NCBI GenBank assembly: GCA_963845065.1
Contig: CAWJQQ010000009.1
Span: 192,001 to 256,000 of the forward strand
Length of the DNA: 64,000 bases
From: Nitrospirota bacterium
GTDB lineage: Bacteria; Nitrospirota; UBA9217
Direction: 5' to 3'
A program made the position numbers and the translations under genes. Positions 30,758 to 40,291 of the stretch are shown here, one piece after another. Every line of letters starts with the position of its first letter. The stretch's first letter is position 1. Under the pieces are notes generated by a model. It was not told the origin of the DNA, did not search any database, and saw only the letters and a list, made by a program, of their open reading frames with translations.

Positions 30758-32008
30758 TCATGGTCCTTTCCTTTTCAGTAGTTCGCCGTTAGCAATCCCC
30801 GTGTTGATGTCAGCCAACATGTTGCGATGCTGTGTCTTCACCCGTTCGGCCACGGTATACTGTACATCGCTTTTGTTCAGAATATCGCGGTAGTCGCTCT
30901 TCCGCGACAGGAGGATCAGCCCGCCGCTGAACACGAGCGTGACGATCTGTCCCTTTTCCATGCCGAGGTCCTCGGTCTGGACATGCAGCTTCGTTCCCTG
31001 CCACAATACTTCCTCTTGAAGGGAAATCTGCACTCGTGAATTGCTTACTCCCTTGTGGACGGCATTGAGTGCATCGTCAGGCTCCGCAGGTGAAACAGGA
31101 AAGGCCGGGGAAGTTTCACTGGTCAACCTGGCCGCCATATGTGTAAATGCCTGGGTGATGGTAGAATCAGCGTCTAGAAAAAGTGGTTTCATCTTTCGAA
31201 TAGAATTTTCCACATTTACGTTGTAGGCTAGTACGCCGAGCAGCGGGATATTTACATTCAAGTATTGGTAGGCAACCCCTCCCAGCGCCTTATTCACCCG
31301 CTGACCCTCGCTCTCCGTCGCCATGTTCACGATCAGCTGGTATCGGCTTTCACCTAAAAGCGTATTCGCCTGCTCCGCTTTGGTGGGATCGATCCCTTTA
31401 AGATGCTCGAAAATCTGCTTTATGTTCCTGAACCGGTCTTTGTCATTAAAGGCAGTCGTCACTTCATGCTTAAGGGAAGTATCTCCAGTAAAGAGAGCCA
31501 GGATCCTGCGGTGCACTGCCATCTTCAGGAATGCGTAAGCGTTCTGCAGCGCCGTGGGAGAAGGAGTTGTAACGATGATACCGGTATCAGCGGCATTGAA
31601 GAAGTCGAGATTGTTGAGGCTCGAGCCAGCCCCTATGTCGATGACAATCGTATCCGCATTCAAACGCGTGATTTCGGATATGATTTTTTGCTTCTGGGCG
31701 TATTGTGGATTAGCAATCTCCAGGAGATCGGAGGCTCCACATATCAATGAAAGGTTGGGAAGCTGCGTCGGGAGCAGAATGTCGGCGAACGTCGCCACGT
31801 TCTTTTTAAGATAGTCGGCGAGCGTCCGTTCGGGATATTTGATTCCGAAAAGAATGTGGAGATTTGCGCCCGCGAGGTCCGCATCCACAAGGATGACGGA
31901 ACGCCCGTTCTCAGCAAGTCCGCAGGCAAGGTTGGACGCAAAGAAACTTTTACCTACCCCGCCCTTGCCGCCGCCGATAGCAATGATGGTGCTTTGCAGT
32001 AGATTCAT
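30758..32008 (-). CDS. MinD/FlhG(FleN)-like P-loop ATPase with C-terminal extension
   Basis: GGKGGVGKS deviant Walker A; DADLAGANLH. Confidence 0.9.
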   Translation of the reverse strand: MNLLQSTIIAIGGGKGGVGKSFFASNLACGLAENGRSVILVDADLAGANLHILFGIKYPERTLADYLKKNVATFADILLPTQLPNLSLICGASDLLEIANPQYAQKQKIISEITRLNADTIVIDIGAGSSLNNLDFFNAADTGIIVTTPSPTALQNAYAFLKMAVHRRILALFTGDTSLKHEVTTAFNDKDRFRNIKQIFEHLKGIDPTKAEQANTLLGESRYQLIVNMATESEGQRVNKALGGVAYQYLNVNIPLLGVLAYNVNVENSIRKMKPLFLDADSTITQAFTHMAARLTSETSPAFPVSPAEPDDALNAVHKGVSNSRVQISLQEEVLWQGTKLHVQTEDLGMEKGQIVTLVFSGGLILLSRKSDYRDILNKSDVQYTVAERVKTQHRNMLADINTGIANGELLKRKGP

Positions 32009-32088
32009 CGATACGCGGCCACCTGTTTTACATGCCTGCTGCCTTCAGAGAAAATCATGTTATCCAGTATATCAGACTTCACGATATT

Positions 32089-32318
32089 TTACGCGGCTAG
32101 TTTGAATTGTATTGTTTTGTGTTTTCTGTTCACCTTCTCAAGCGCGTCCTTAAACTTCATTCCCCGCTTTGCATCATCAACAGGAATAATAGTCAGATTT
32201 TTATCTTCTGTAGTAAGTTCAAGTGGTGTATTTTATTCACTTTCAGTTGCTATAAGATCGATTTTTTATCCATGATCAACGCAGCATTGCTGTCATGCGA
32301 AACCAGTTTTTTAATCAT
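32089..32318 (-). pseudogene. AbrB/MazE-type antitoxin pseudogene
   Basis: GGAGG RBS; MIKKLVSHDSNAALIMDKKSIL* then frameshift to TPLELTTEDKNLTIIP...FKDALEKVNRKH. Confidence 0.65.
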
Positions 32319-32660
32319 AACCTCCCCCATGATTGTTTGTATATATTGGTATCACCAATCGTCGTCAACATCAACGAAAAGCTTGAACTAATCAGCAAAG
32401 AGTTGCGGTTACCATATTCCATAGGTAAGCCAAAGTTAAGAATAGACTGTTCCTCTCTTCTAGTCGCAATAAAATTTTTGAAAAAGTGTTCGCAACTATA
32501 TCTGCAATAATGGGTTTTGCGCACAGTAAAACAGGCTAGAAGCATAGTTCCGAAAAAATTAATATTCGTTCAGGAAAAGTCCCATTCATTTGCATGATTA
32601 ACAACGCTATTGCTCTATTTCTCATCTCTGCAAAAACTAACGTCACCATGTTTCCTGCAA

Positions 32661-32694
32661 AATCAATCATTTATCTTTTGGCATGCGATCTGCA
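32661..32694 (+). promoter_or_regulatory. IHF-like site plus sigma54 promoter
   Basis: AATCAATCATTTA (WATCAAN4TTR) and TTGGCATGCGATCTGCA. Confidence 0.75.
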
Positions 32695-32732
32695 ATATAC
32701 AATGCAAGACTGACAAAAAGGGGGACAATAAA

Positions 32733-33047
32733 ATGAATACCAAAATTTCGAGAAAAACAGCATACATCGGTGCAGGCGCAGGAATCGTTCTCTTCGCGAT
32801 CTTCGGTCTTCTTCCCGGCGCCCTTCTGGGCGGCGCAGCGGGAATACAATTAGCCGGAATGTTCTTCGGGCTTCCGCTGGACCCGGGAATCATATCACGC
32901 GCAATCGTGCTCGCGTCCATGCTGGTGGGCGTCATGGTGTCAGGAATCACGATCGTAACTGCCACGTCAACCGTGGGCTGGCTCGTCGGCAGAGTGCTCG
33001 AGGGCGGGCACGCATCGGAAAAGACATCGATAGCCGGCAGCAAATAA
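32733..33047 (+). CDS. Small Gly-rich membrane protein A (copy 2)
   Basis: Start re-called at MNTKIS; near-identical to 14515..14829. Confidence 0.85.
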   Translation: MNTKISRKTAYIGAGAGIVLFAIFGLLPGALLGGAAGIQLAGMFFGLPLDPGIISRAIVLASMLVGVMVSGITIVTATSTVGWLVGRVLEGGHASEKTSIAGSK

Positions 33048-33098
33048 CGAGAGATCAAAAATATCGATAAGAAAATAGAAATACAAGGAGAAAGAATC

Positions 33099-33449
33099 AT
33101 GAAGAACGAATCGGTAAAAACGGGAATGAAGATAGGCGTAACGGTTGGCGGGATAGTATTCCTGGTATTCGGGATCATGCCGGGATTCTATTTCGGAAGC
33201 TACGGGTCGCTGATACTGGTCCAGAAGCTGATGGGCGGCGCAGTAGAGCCCACGCTCTTTGTCAGAGCAGCGGTGGTGATGGGGATCGTGATCGGAATAT
33301 CCTGCGCAGCTGCAGTCTGTCTCGTGGTCGGTGGGATTCTCGGGACGGTGGCTGGCTTGGTGGTGGCAACGCCCGCAGCGCTCCGCGAGAATGAGAAACA
33401 GGAGATCTTGGTGAAGTCGTTAAAGTATAAAGTGGCAGGAAATAAATAA
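33099..33449 (+). CDS. Small Gly-rich membrane protein B (copy 2)
   Basis: Highly similar to 14878..15195 with a longer C-terminal tail. Confidence 0.85.
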   Translation: MKNESVKTGMKIGVTVGGIVFLVFGIMPGFYFGSYGSLILVQKLMGGAVEPTLFVRAAVVMGIVIGISCAAAVCLVVGGILGTVAGLVVATPAALRENEKQEILVKSLKYKVAGNK

Positions 33450-33848
33450 GCTTTGCGACAATGCTTCTGAGAAACATCATGGGCGATGAGAAATCATCGC
33501 CCGTTACATTTTAGAAGACATTTAGAATCGTCGTTAGAGCTGCGGTGCGGCTTGCCTCCTGCACTTATTCCCAGATGTATTCTTTGAATTCCAAAAGACA
33601 TTCGCGGAGCATTTGAGGCCGGTCTAAAAGAATTAAACATGCTTAACTTATCACGCAACTCAACGCATGAAGCATGTGAGTTTGATTACCATCGATGCAT
33701 GTTTTAATGTGAAGTCTGCATACCAACACATGCGGAGTTCAACCTCTTAAACAAAAAAAGCATAGGGGAAAAAACCTTTAAGCCTTTTCTTGATGGGAGG
33801 TCAAGAGTTTTTCGAGACAGGAAAGAGGCAATAATGTGAACGTAATTT

Positions 33849-34034
33849 CTAAAAGCAGGTTGCCTCAACTACTTCATGCGCTTCGTTCTTGCCGACATCC
33901 GCTTGCTGATAATAGATGTATTCACCTACCATATCAAAAAGATCCTTACGGGGAATATCGGGCTCAATATCGAGAACTTCCTCTTTAAAATAATTTGCAG
34001 CATCGTCCGTTCATTTATCGAATGTCCTAATCAT
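33849..34034 (-). pseudogene. Copy of the 61-aa acidic ORF with Trp8 changed to TGA
   Basis: Same length as 15630..15815; in-frame TGA at 34011..34013. Confidence 0.65.
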
Positions 34035-34229
34035 ATTGCCCCTTCCAGGCTGCGGAATTGTTGATAACATGGAGGATGATGTACTGGTCATTATGTCTGC
34101 CATCTTAAAAACGTATCTTCATGTTACTGTGGTCTATTACAAGTCATAAGCCGTCTTTAGCGAATTTTATACCCATTGAGTTGACATATATCCAATATAT
34201 TGATAACATGGATATGAGACCTTATAGAT

Positions 34230-35135
34230 ATGGAACTGAGACATCTCAAATATTTTGTTGCAGTGGCTGAGGAATTGCATTTTGGAAGGGCTGCCAGAAG
34301 GCTTCATATTGCTCAGCCACCATTGAGTCAGCAAATCAAGAATCTGGAAGATGAGCTTGGGGTTAAGCTTTTTGACAGGACCAAGCGAACCATTAAAATG
34401 ACTGATGCCGGTATTTATTTTTTTAAAGAAGCCAAGCAGCTTCTTTTAAATGTTGAACAGGCTGCTGAAGTTGCCAGAAGGATTTACCGTGGACAGGTGG
34501 GACGTCTCGTAGTAGGGTTTGTGGGGTCAGTGGTCTATACTTTTTTGCCTGAAGGGTTACGATTATTCCGCGAACGCTTCCCGGATGTGGAACTTGTATT
34601 ACAGGAAATTAATACAGCGGAACAGATAAAGTTACTTCATTCTAGTAGCATTGACGTTGGCTTCCACTATTCAGGCGCTCAAGATCCCCTGCTTACCTGT
34701 CGTCGGCTAACGCAAGCGCCTTTGATGGTTGTACTGCCCAAAAAACACGCTCTTGCGAACCGCAAATCGCTGGATATCAGGGAGTTGGCTCAGGAACCTT
34801 TCATAGCGAATACACGATCAACAGAGCCGGTTGTTCTCGATGCCTTTATCAGCTTGTGCCATTCCGCCGGGTTCAGCCCCAAAATAGCTCAGGAGGCAGG
34901 TCAGGTACAAACTGTTTTGGGTCTCGTAGCTTCCGGGCTGGGAGCGTGTCTCCTTCCAGATTATATAAAAAATATCAGACGGCCAGGTGTGCAGTATATA
35001 CCCTTGTCAGGACCGTGTCCTACTGTAAAACTTGCCATTGTTTGGCGGAGTGATAATTCTTCTGAGCTTATTAAGTCATTTGTAAATGTAATTGAGTCTT
35101 CCTCCGCGAGTCCAATCTCGAAGTGCAGCGCTTGA
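34230..35135 (+). CDS. LysR-family transcriptional regulator
   Basis: MELRHLKYFVAVAEELHFGRAARRLHIAQPPLSQQI. Confidence 0.97.
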   Translation: MELRHLKYFVAVAEELHFGRAARRLHIAQPPLSQQIKNLEDELGVKLFDRTKRTIKMTDAGIYFFKEAKQLLLNVEQAAEVARRIYRGQVGRLVVGFVGSVVYTFLPEGLRLFRERFPDVELVLQEINTAEQIKLLHSSSIDVGFHYSGAQDPLLTCRRLTQAPLMVVLPKKHALANRKSLDIRELAQEPFIANTRSTEPVVLDAFISLCHSAGFSPKIAQEAGQVQTVLGLVASGLGACLLPDYIKNIRRPGVQYIPLSGPCPTVKLAIVWRSDNSSELIKSFVNVIESSSASPISKCSA

Positions 35136-35263
35136 GGCTGCAACTTCCAAATTCCTGCCGGAGCCGCTAATAAGCACAATAACGATTAAAGAGATATTAT
35201 CCATCCTAACCACCGTCTAGGAAACCACAGTTTTTTTCTGTGATATATCAGGTTTGAATGACA

Positions 35264-35647
35264 TTATCTTTTATCCACGCTGAGCGGACCGGAGCCGAAA
35301 TACGTGATTATGAGAGCGGCACCGAGCATAGAGAGGTTCATCATGAAATTGATCTGCTGAATCTGCCGCATCATTGGATCGGCGACTGCCCAAAAATTGT
35401 GGATTGTAAAAGTGACCGGAACCAGGAAAAGCACGATCAGCCAGGCACCATATTTCGCCTTGAATCCCAGAAGAATGCTGAGTCCACCTACGATGGCGAC
35501 GATTCCAGACAGGGGCACGGCAATCGAGGCCATGGGGACGCCTCTGCTGGCAGCATGCCCGATTGTCGCGGCAGTGAAATGCCCCGGGCCGGACATCACA
35601 AATATAGCCACATACAATATCCTACCCAAGAGAACAACGTATTTCAT
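35264..35647 (-). CDS. DoxX family membrane protein
   Basis: LLGRIL...GGLSILLG...HNFW...FMMNLSMLGAAL...GPLSVD. Confidence 0.92.
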   Translation of the reverse strand: MKYVVLLGRILYVAIFVMSGPGHFTAATIGHAASRGVPMASIAVPLSGIVAIVGGLSILLGFKAKYGAWLIVLFLVPVTFTIHNFWAVADPMMRQIQQINFMMNLSMLGAALIITYFGSGPLSVDKR

Positions 35648-35960
35648 AGGTGTCCCTCCTTTTTTAGAATGCGTTTCATTAAGTATACCGGGGAGCTAAG
35701 GTTACAACTATTATGATCCTTATAAGGGTGATTTGGCCTGTCAAGAAGATACCAAATACGAGAAGTATTCAGCATTATAAGTTGCAGCCGATATCATTCA
35801 CCTCAATTGAAATAGAAGCTCTGCAAGAAACAACTACAAGTCCGCATTGCAAATATTGTGATAAGGGTAAAAAAACTGGATGTATTCTTGACTGAAGACT
35901 TCAACCGGCACTCCTATAGCTCACAATAATCCCCCTCGACACGAAGAGTTCTCAGGACAA

Positions 35961-37037
35961 TCATTCTGTGAACTCATGTCTTAGAAATCCCCGAGATGGT
36001 GCCGGGGCATCTGCTAGCTTAGACCAGAAGCCCTCATCATTTGCAAGATCAGAGGCATGATTGATTGCCGAAGTGATGTCTCCTTTGAAACACTTACGAG
36101 TGCTCAAGCTTGAAATCGGATTCGTCGGTGTCAGGAAAACAATGCGCCGCGGAACATGATTATTTTTTTGATCGCCTAAGAGTGCTTTTTGCACTTTGTT
36201 GATAATTTTTTTCAGTTTTTTATCTCCACGATTATTAAGTGGCTTTATGTTACTGAAAACCGAGCAAGGATTGTTTTCAATCAATTTGTAGCCGCGATAA
36301 ATCCCCTGTCTGATAGCACGGATTTCCAAAAGGTCGTTAGCAAATTCAACCCTTAAGATTATTCGAAGATACCATGGCAGACGTCCAGTATCTGCATACG
36401 TGTTGCGGCATAGACGACTGTTAGATAGAATGAAAATTGTATCGCACTTGGCTTTGATCGCCTCGCCAAGAACGAATGTTCCGCCATCCGAATGCCATTC
36501 CCCGTTAATCATTACCGGCGGCAAGAATCCTTGTAAACCGATAGCGGCAAGCATCACCTGTTTAAGTAAATTCGGATTTTGACGTAAGTTTGGATCATGA
36601 TTAGAAAAAATCTGGTGCCTTAACTTATTTTCGTTGTAGGTTACAATTTGAAATTCTATCGGAGACGCCACAATCGCTTCCATGTCAAGCTTTTCTACCA
36701 GATATTTAGATGCACCTTCATTAGAAAAAAGATTCGGGCCTCTGAAAATTTTTAAAAACCCCATTAAACTTTGCCCGAAGATCTTTTTTGCCCCGAGTTG
36801 CTCTGTTTCCTTCCATTTCTTTTCTAAGGCATCAACATCCCACTTGCTACCGATGAGATCGCCAGCTGAGAACACCCCGACTGAAACGCTCTGGACAAAG
36901 ACCGGCTTAATTCCCTTAGCCTCCAGTGCTTTGATAAAGCCAACGCCGTAAGCCCCGGTGAAACCTCCCCCGTTTAAGATCATCCCGACTTTACCAAGAT
37001 TCATAATCGCCACTTCCTTTGTTTCCAGAATACTCAT
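35961..37037 (-). CDS. Patatin-like phospholipase
   Basis: GGGFTG, SVSVG (variant of GxSxG), DGG. Confidence 0.85.
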   Translation of the reverse strand: MSILETKEVAIMNLGKVGMILNGGGFTGAYGVGFIKALEAKGIKPVFVQSVSVGVFSAGDLIGSKWDVDALEKKWKETEQLGAKKIFGQSLMGFLKIFRGPNLFSNEGASKYLVEKLDMEAIVASPIEFQIVTYNENKLRHQIFSNHDPNLRQNPNLLKQVMLAAIGLQGFLPPVMINGEWHSDGGTFVLGEAIKAKCDTIFILSNSRLCRNTYADTGRLPWYLRIILRVEFANDLLEIRAIRQGIYRGYKLIENNPCSVFSNIKPLNNRGDKKLKKIINKVQKALLGDQKNNHVPRRIVFLTPTNPISSLSTRKCFKGDITSAINHASDLANDEGFWSKLADAPAPSRGFLRHEFTE

Positions 37038-37227
37038 TCAGGGATCTCATGTTTATAAGACACACACGCCATGTTAGCTTGTTAATGTTGGGTAGTTGTA
37101 ATGCTACGAACCAACGAATTAGAATTTTACCTCGGGTTAGAAAAACATTCATCATCTCCAACAACTTTCTCATCATCATAAGATTTATTTGAAGATGAAT
37201 GATAGCTATTTCGTTAATTCAAAAACA

Positions 37228-37244
37228 AGCAATGCTTGTGCCAA
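37228..37244 (-). promoter_or_regulatory. Sigma54 promoter upstream of the patatin gene
   Basis: TTGGCACAAGCATTGCT. Confidence 0.75.
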
Positions 37245-37558
37245 ATTAAAATCGTTGTCTTTTCAGTATGTTAGCTGAGAACAAAACTTGATTCGGTGTC
37301 AAAAAAAAGACACACAATCACCAAACATATTATTTAGTGACTATCGTTTTGTTTTGCCGCTGGCCACGGAGTTTTCTGTAAAATAACTGGTGATGGGACG
37401 GGACCAGATATGCAAGATGCCCTGAGGTGTAAATAATTCCGATCGGGTATCTGGACTAGGTTTTTTTAAAGTTACCGAATACCGGTTGAATTTAAGAATT
37501 TCAGAAAATGGCGACTTCACTTGATTCATCCCTGGCGACGAGAATAATAGAGGCATTA

Positions 37559-38266
37559 TCACGGTACGTCGCTTTCTTCCCATATTACTTCTTTCATATC
37601 AGGCATTGCCGAAAGACGTTTAACTATATCTGACCAGTGTTTCTGACTTTCGTCTCCGTGATGCAGCCGCATGCGATACGTCACGATGTTCGCGGATATG
37701 TCCCGGTGATAATTAACAAACTGGAGAGATAGATCTTGATATTCGGCAAGGACATCCTTGATACGGACCAAGAGTCCCTCAGTTGTAACAGCCTTCACCG
37801 AAAGGACCGTATATATCCTCCGATTGGTAAGGGCCTTGATCGGATAGGCAAGGTAGAGACTCGCGAGGATAATAACCGTCGTAACAATAGCGGGAACAAT
37901 ATATCCTGCACCGGTCGAAAGGCCGATGCCCGTTACGGACCACAGTCCGGCAGCCGTCGTCAGTCCGCGCACAGAGCCCTTGCCCTTGATGATCGCTCCG
38001 GCTCCCAAAAAACCCATACTCGCGATAGCGTACGAGGCAATTCTGCTTGGGTCAACGCGCACTACCGATTTATCTGCTGCAAGCTCTCTGAAAAGTTCTT
38101 CCATATGCAGTGAGAGCATCATCATCAAACAGGACGCAGTACCGACAATGAGATATGTCCTGAATCCTGCCGCTTGCCCGTGTGATTCTCGCTCGAAACC
38201 TATTGCGCAACTAAGAACTGTTGCAAGCAAAAGCTTGCCGATGTCAGAGATTAGATAAGAGTCCAT
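37559..38266 (-). CDS. MgtC/SapB family membrane protein
   Basis: IGFERE...AGFRT...GFLGAGAI...GLTTAAGLW. Confidence 0.93.
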   Translation of the reverse strand: MDSYLISDIGKLLLATVLSCAIGFERESHGQAAGFRTYLIVGTASCLMMMLSLHMEELFRELAADKSVVRVDPSRIASYAIASMGFLGAGAIIKGKGSVRGLTTAAGLWSVTGIGLSTGAGYIVPAIVTTVIILASLYLAYPIKALTNRRIYTVLSVKAVTTEGLLVRIKDVLAEYQDLSLQFVNYHRDISANIVTYRMRLHHGDESQKHWSDIVKRLSAMPDMKEVIWEESDVP

Positions 38267-38752
38267 GCTGTGACCTCCCTCGACTATAAAAATAGCTCTT
38301 CAGAATCCGAAAAGGAAACAGCACCAGCTTCAGGAAGGAAGCCGTACCGAAAAATTCAACTACTATTCTACATCTCGTCAAAAAATATAACTTTCTCATT
38401 ACCACCTACTATTGTGTAATGCCAATATGTGACGATGGAAATAAATTCTTGGAGAAGCATTTAAAAACTATCGTCTATAATCGCAGTTATGTATTTGTGC
38501 ATACCTAGTCGATTAGAGCGAAATCACTTTCCCCATAAAAAAATATCAAGCAGGTTTGTATTGCCCGGATAAAAAAAATATAGGGATAATTGATCGCAAA
38601 CGTCAGAGGCTGAGCCGGCGCAGTGGTCACAAATCGTAATAGCAGTCGCCACTGCACCATGCATCGAGAGGGCGCGTTTTGCGATACGATTCATGTGCGT
38701 GAGTGAGGAGCCATGTGCAGCACGTCCATTTTAAGCGGCGGTTTAGGCTCCT

Positions 38753-39001
38753 TTATTTCCCACCCCAACGCCAGCGCGGGGTTTCGCCCTTCATCCAGCA
38801 AACCGCTACGAGAAGTATACACAGTAGCGCCGAGTAGGAAGCGAAGGCACCAGGCCCTCTAGTTGGCAGCAACACCAGAGCACCCACCAGGACCAGGACG
38901 AAGAAGGCAGCCAAGACAAGCCAACCCTGCCAGGCATTCGGTAAGCCCCAGCCCCAGCCGTAGCGCTTTGCTGGAAACCAGTACCTTTGTTTGACAGCCA
39001 T
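38753..39001 (-). CDS. Small membrane protein
   Basis: WFPAKRYGWGWGLP...WQGW, two TM helices, PRWRWG. Confidence 0.75.
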   Translation of the reverse strand: MAVKQRYWFPAKRYGWGWGLPNAWQGWLVLAAFFVLVLVGALVLLPTRGPGAFASYSALLCILLVAVCWMKGETPRWRWGGK

Positions 39002-39639
39002 CTTACAACCTTCCTGGGAGCGAGCCTCTTGAGACACTAATCATTTATTGATCAGACCCCCCCCTAGGTAACATCGCATATCCGGTGTTAGCTAGGTTAG
39101 CACTGATCATGCCGCACATGTAGTAGTACACCTGACGAATATAAGCCTGATTTACTCATATGTCAATATTGCCGATAAAGTGTGTCGATAAAGTGTGTCC
39201 GATTCCGTATTATAACAGGAAAGACAGTTGACCATGCGCGGAAGACGGAGCGCATGAAGGACCGTCAATTAGACAGAAGATACTCGTCGTCATGATGGAA
39301 AATTATCCCCGGATGAAAGAAATGCCCCTAAATCTCGATCATGTTTTCTTCTAGATCGTTTCCTCTGAGACATACTTTCTCGACAATACAGCTGGATTCG
39401 GATATCGGGAACATCTTTTTTTATAAGAGCGGTCAGTCCTAGGGCACATTGTTCCAGGGCCAGGTATCGAAATGTCTCTCTTAATTTTGTAGCTTAGAGC
39501 GCAAGACGAGCCGCTTTGGTGCCACAGCTTTTGTAATACCTTTTAACGAAGTATGTTCAGCTACCGGCTTCTTGACATCTACCCGTGCAGTGATTAAAGT
39601 TAAAGTAGAATTGCAACGAGAAAGGCGATAGCAAAGGAG

Positions 39640-39852
39640 GTGAAAGCAATGACGTACAGCATGACCTGCAGCTGTGGCGAAGTGATGACGGTCCAGGGCA
39701 ATACAAGAGATGAAGCCGTTAAGAACCTAAAGTCATTGATGAATGAAGAATCGGTGACTGAGCATATGGGGCGGAAACACGCGGGAGAAAAAGTGCCTAC
39801 CCTTGGGCAAGTGCACGCAATGATAGAGCAAGGATTGAAAGCGGCAGCGTAA
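39640..39852 (+). CDS. Small DUF1059-like putative metal-binding protein
   Basis: CSCG...EHMGRKH; AAGGAG RBS; followed by a terminator. Confidence 0.65.
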   Translation: MKAMTYSMTCSCGEVMTVQGNTRDEAVKNLKSLMNEESVTEHMGRKHAGEKVPTLGQVHAMIEQGLKAAA

Positions 39853-39880
39853 CATCTGTCTAAGCGATTATGATAGTGTT

Positions 39881-39911
39881 AAACCCGCAGACTTCGGTCT
39901 GCGGGTTTTTT
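39881..39911 (+). terminator. Intrinsic terminator
   Basis: aaacccgcagac-ttcg-gtctgcgggtttttt. Confidence 0.9.
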
Positions 39912-40120
39912 GTGAGCCGAGCATGTTAGACAGCTTGGAGGTACAAATCCTCTACCCAGCCGATGGAGGTGAAGGGTTAGCGCAAGGGCTCCATCGCGAT
40001 CTGGAGTCTGAGAGAAGCGCGGAGCAAACCGCGAGCCGATGAAAAAATTCTGGATATGAGGCATGAGCGCCGGACGAGCGAGCAAATGACCGCAAAGTCC
40101 AGATGATACAGAAAGGCATG
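39912..40120 (+). mobile_element. 5' fragment (domain I) of a group II intron, class IIC-like
   Basis: Begins GTGAG (consensus GUGYG) right after the terminator T-run; gacagcttggaggt.caaatcctct motif; no RT ORF or domain V follows. Confidence 0.7.
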
Positions 40121-40176
40121 CAGTACAACGTCCAATCGATATTTTTTACGTCAATCAAATAAAGATCGCTGCGAGG

Positions 40177-40220
40177 TTCACCTACAATTTTGCAACGGCG
40201 ACTGATAATTTGGAGATGCA
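40177..40220. repeat. 44-bp dispersed repeat, copy 2
   Basis: Matches 6788..6831. Confidence 0.8.
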
Positions 40221-40291
40221 GAATTACAGTTGTAGTTGTAACTTAAGTGGCTCTCGCCAGACTAATGAGCACTAAAATACAGATTAAAATA

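Larger units (their letters stand above)
32550..34088 (+). repeat. Segmental repeat copy 2 (matches about 14335..15870)
   Basis: Nucleotide similarity through the promoter, A/B genes, intergenic hairpins and the 61-aa ORF. Confidence 0.9.

Noticed and set aside
38595..38750. Integron attC site after the small membrane gene
   Set aside because: The ends only loosely resemble RYYYAAC/GTTRRRY, pairing is poor and no integrase is present.
39879..40158. Two 68-aa minus-strand ORFs
   Set aside because: They are antisense to the intron fragment and terminator.
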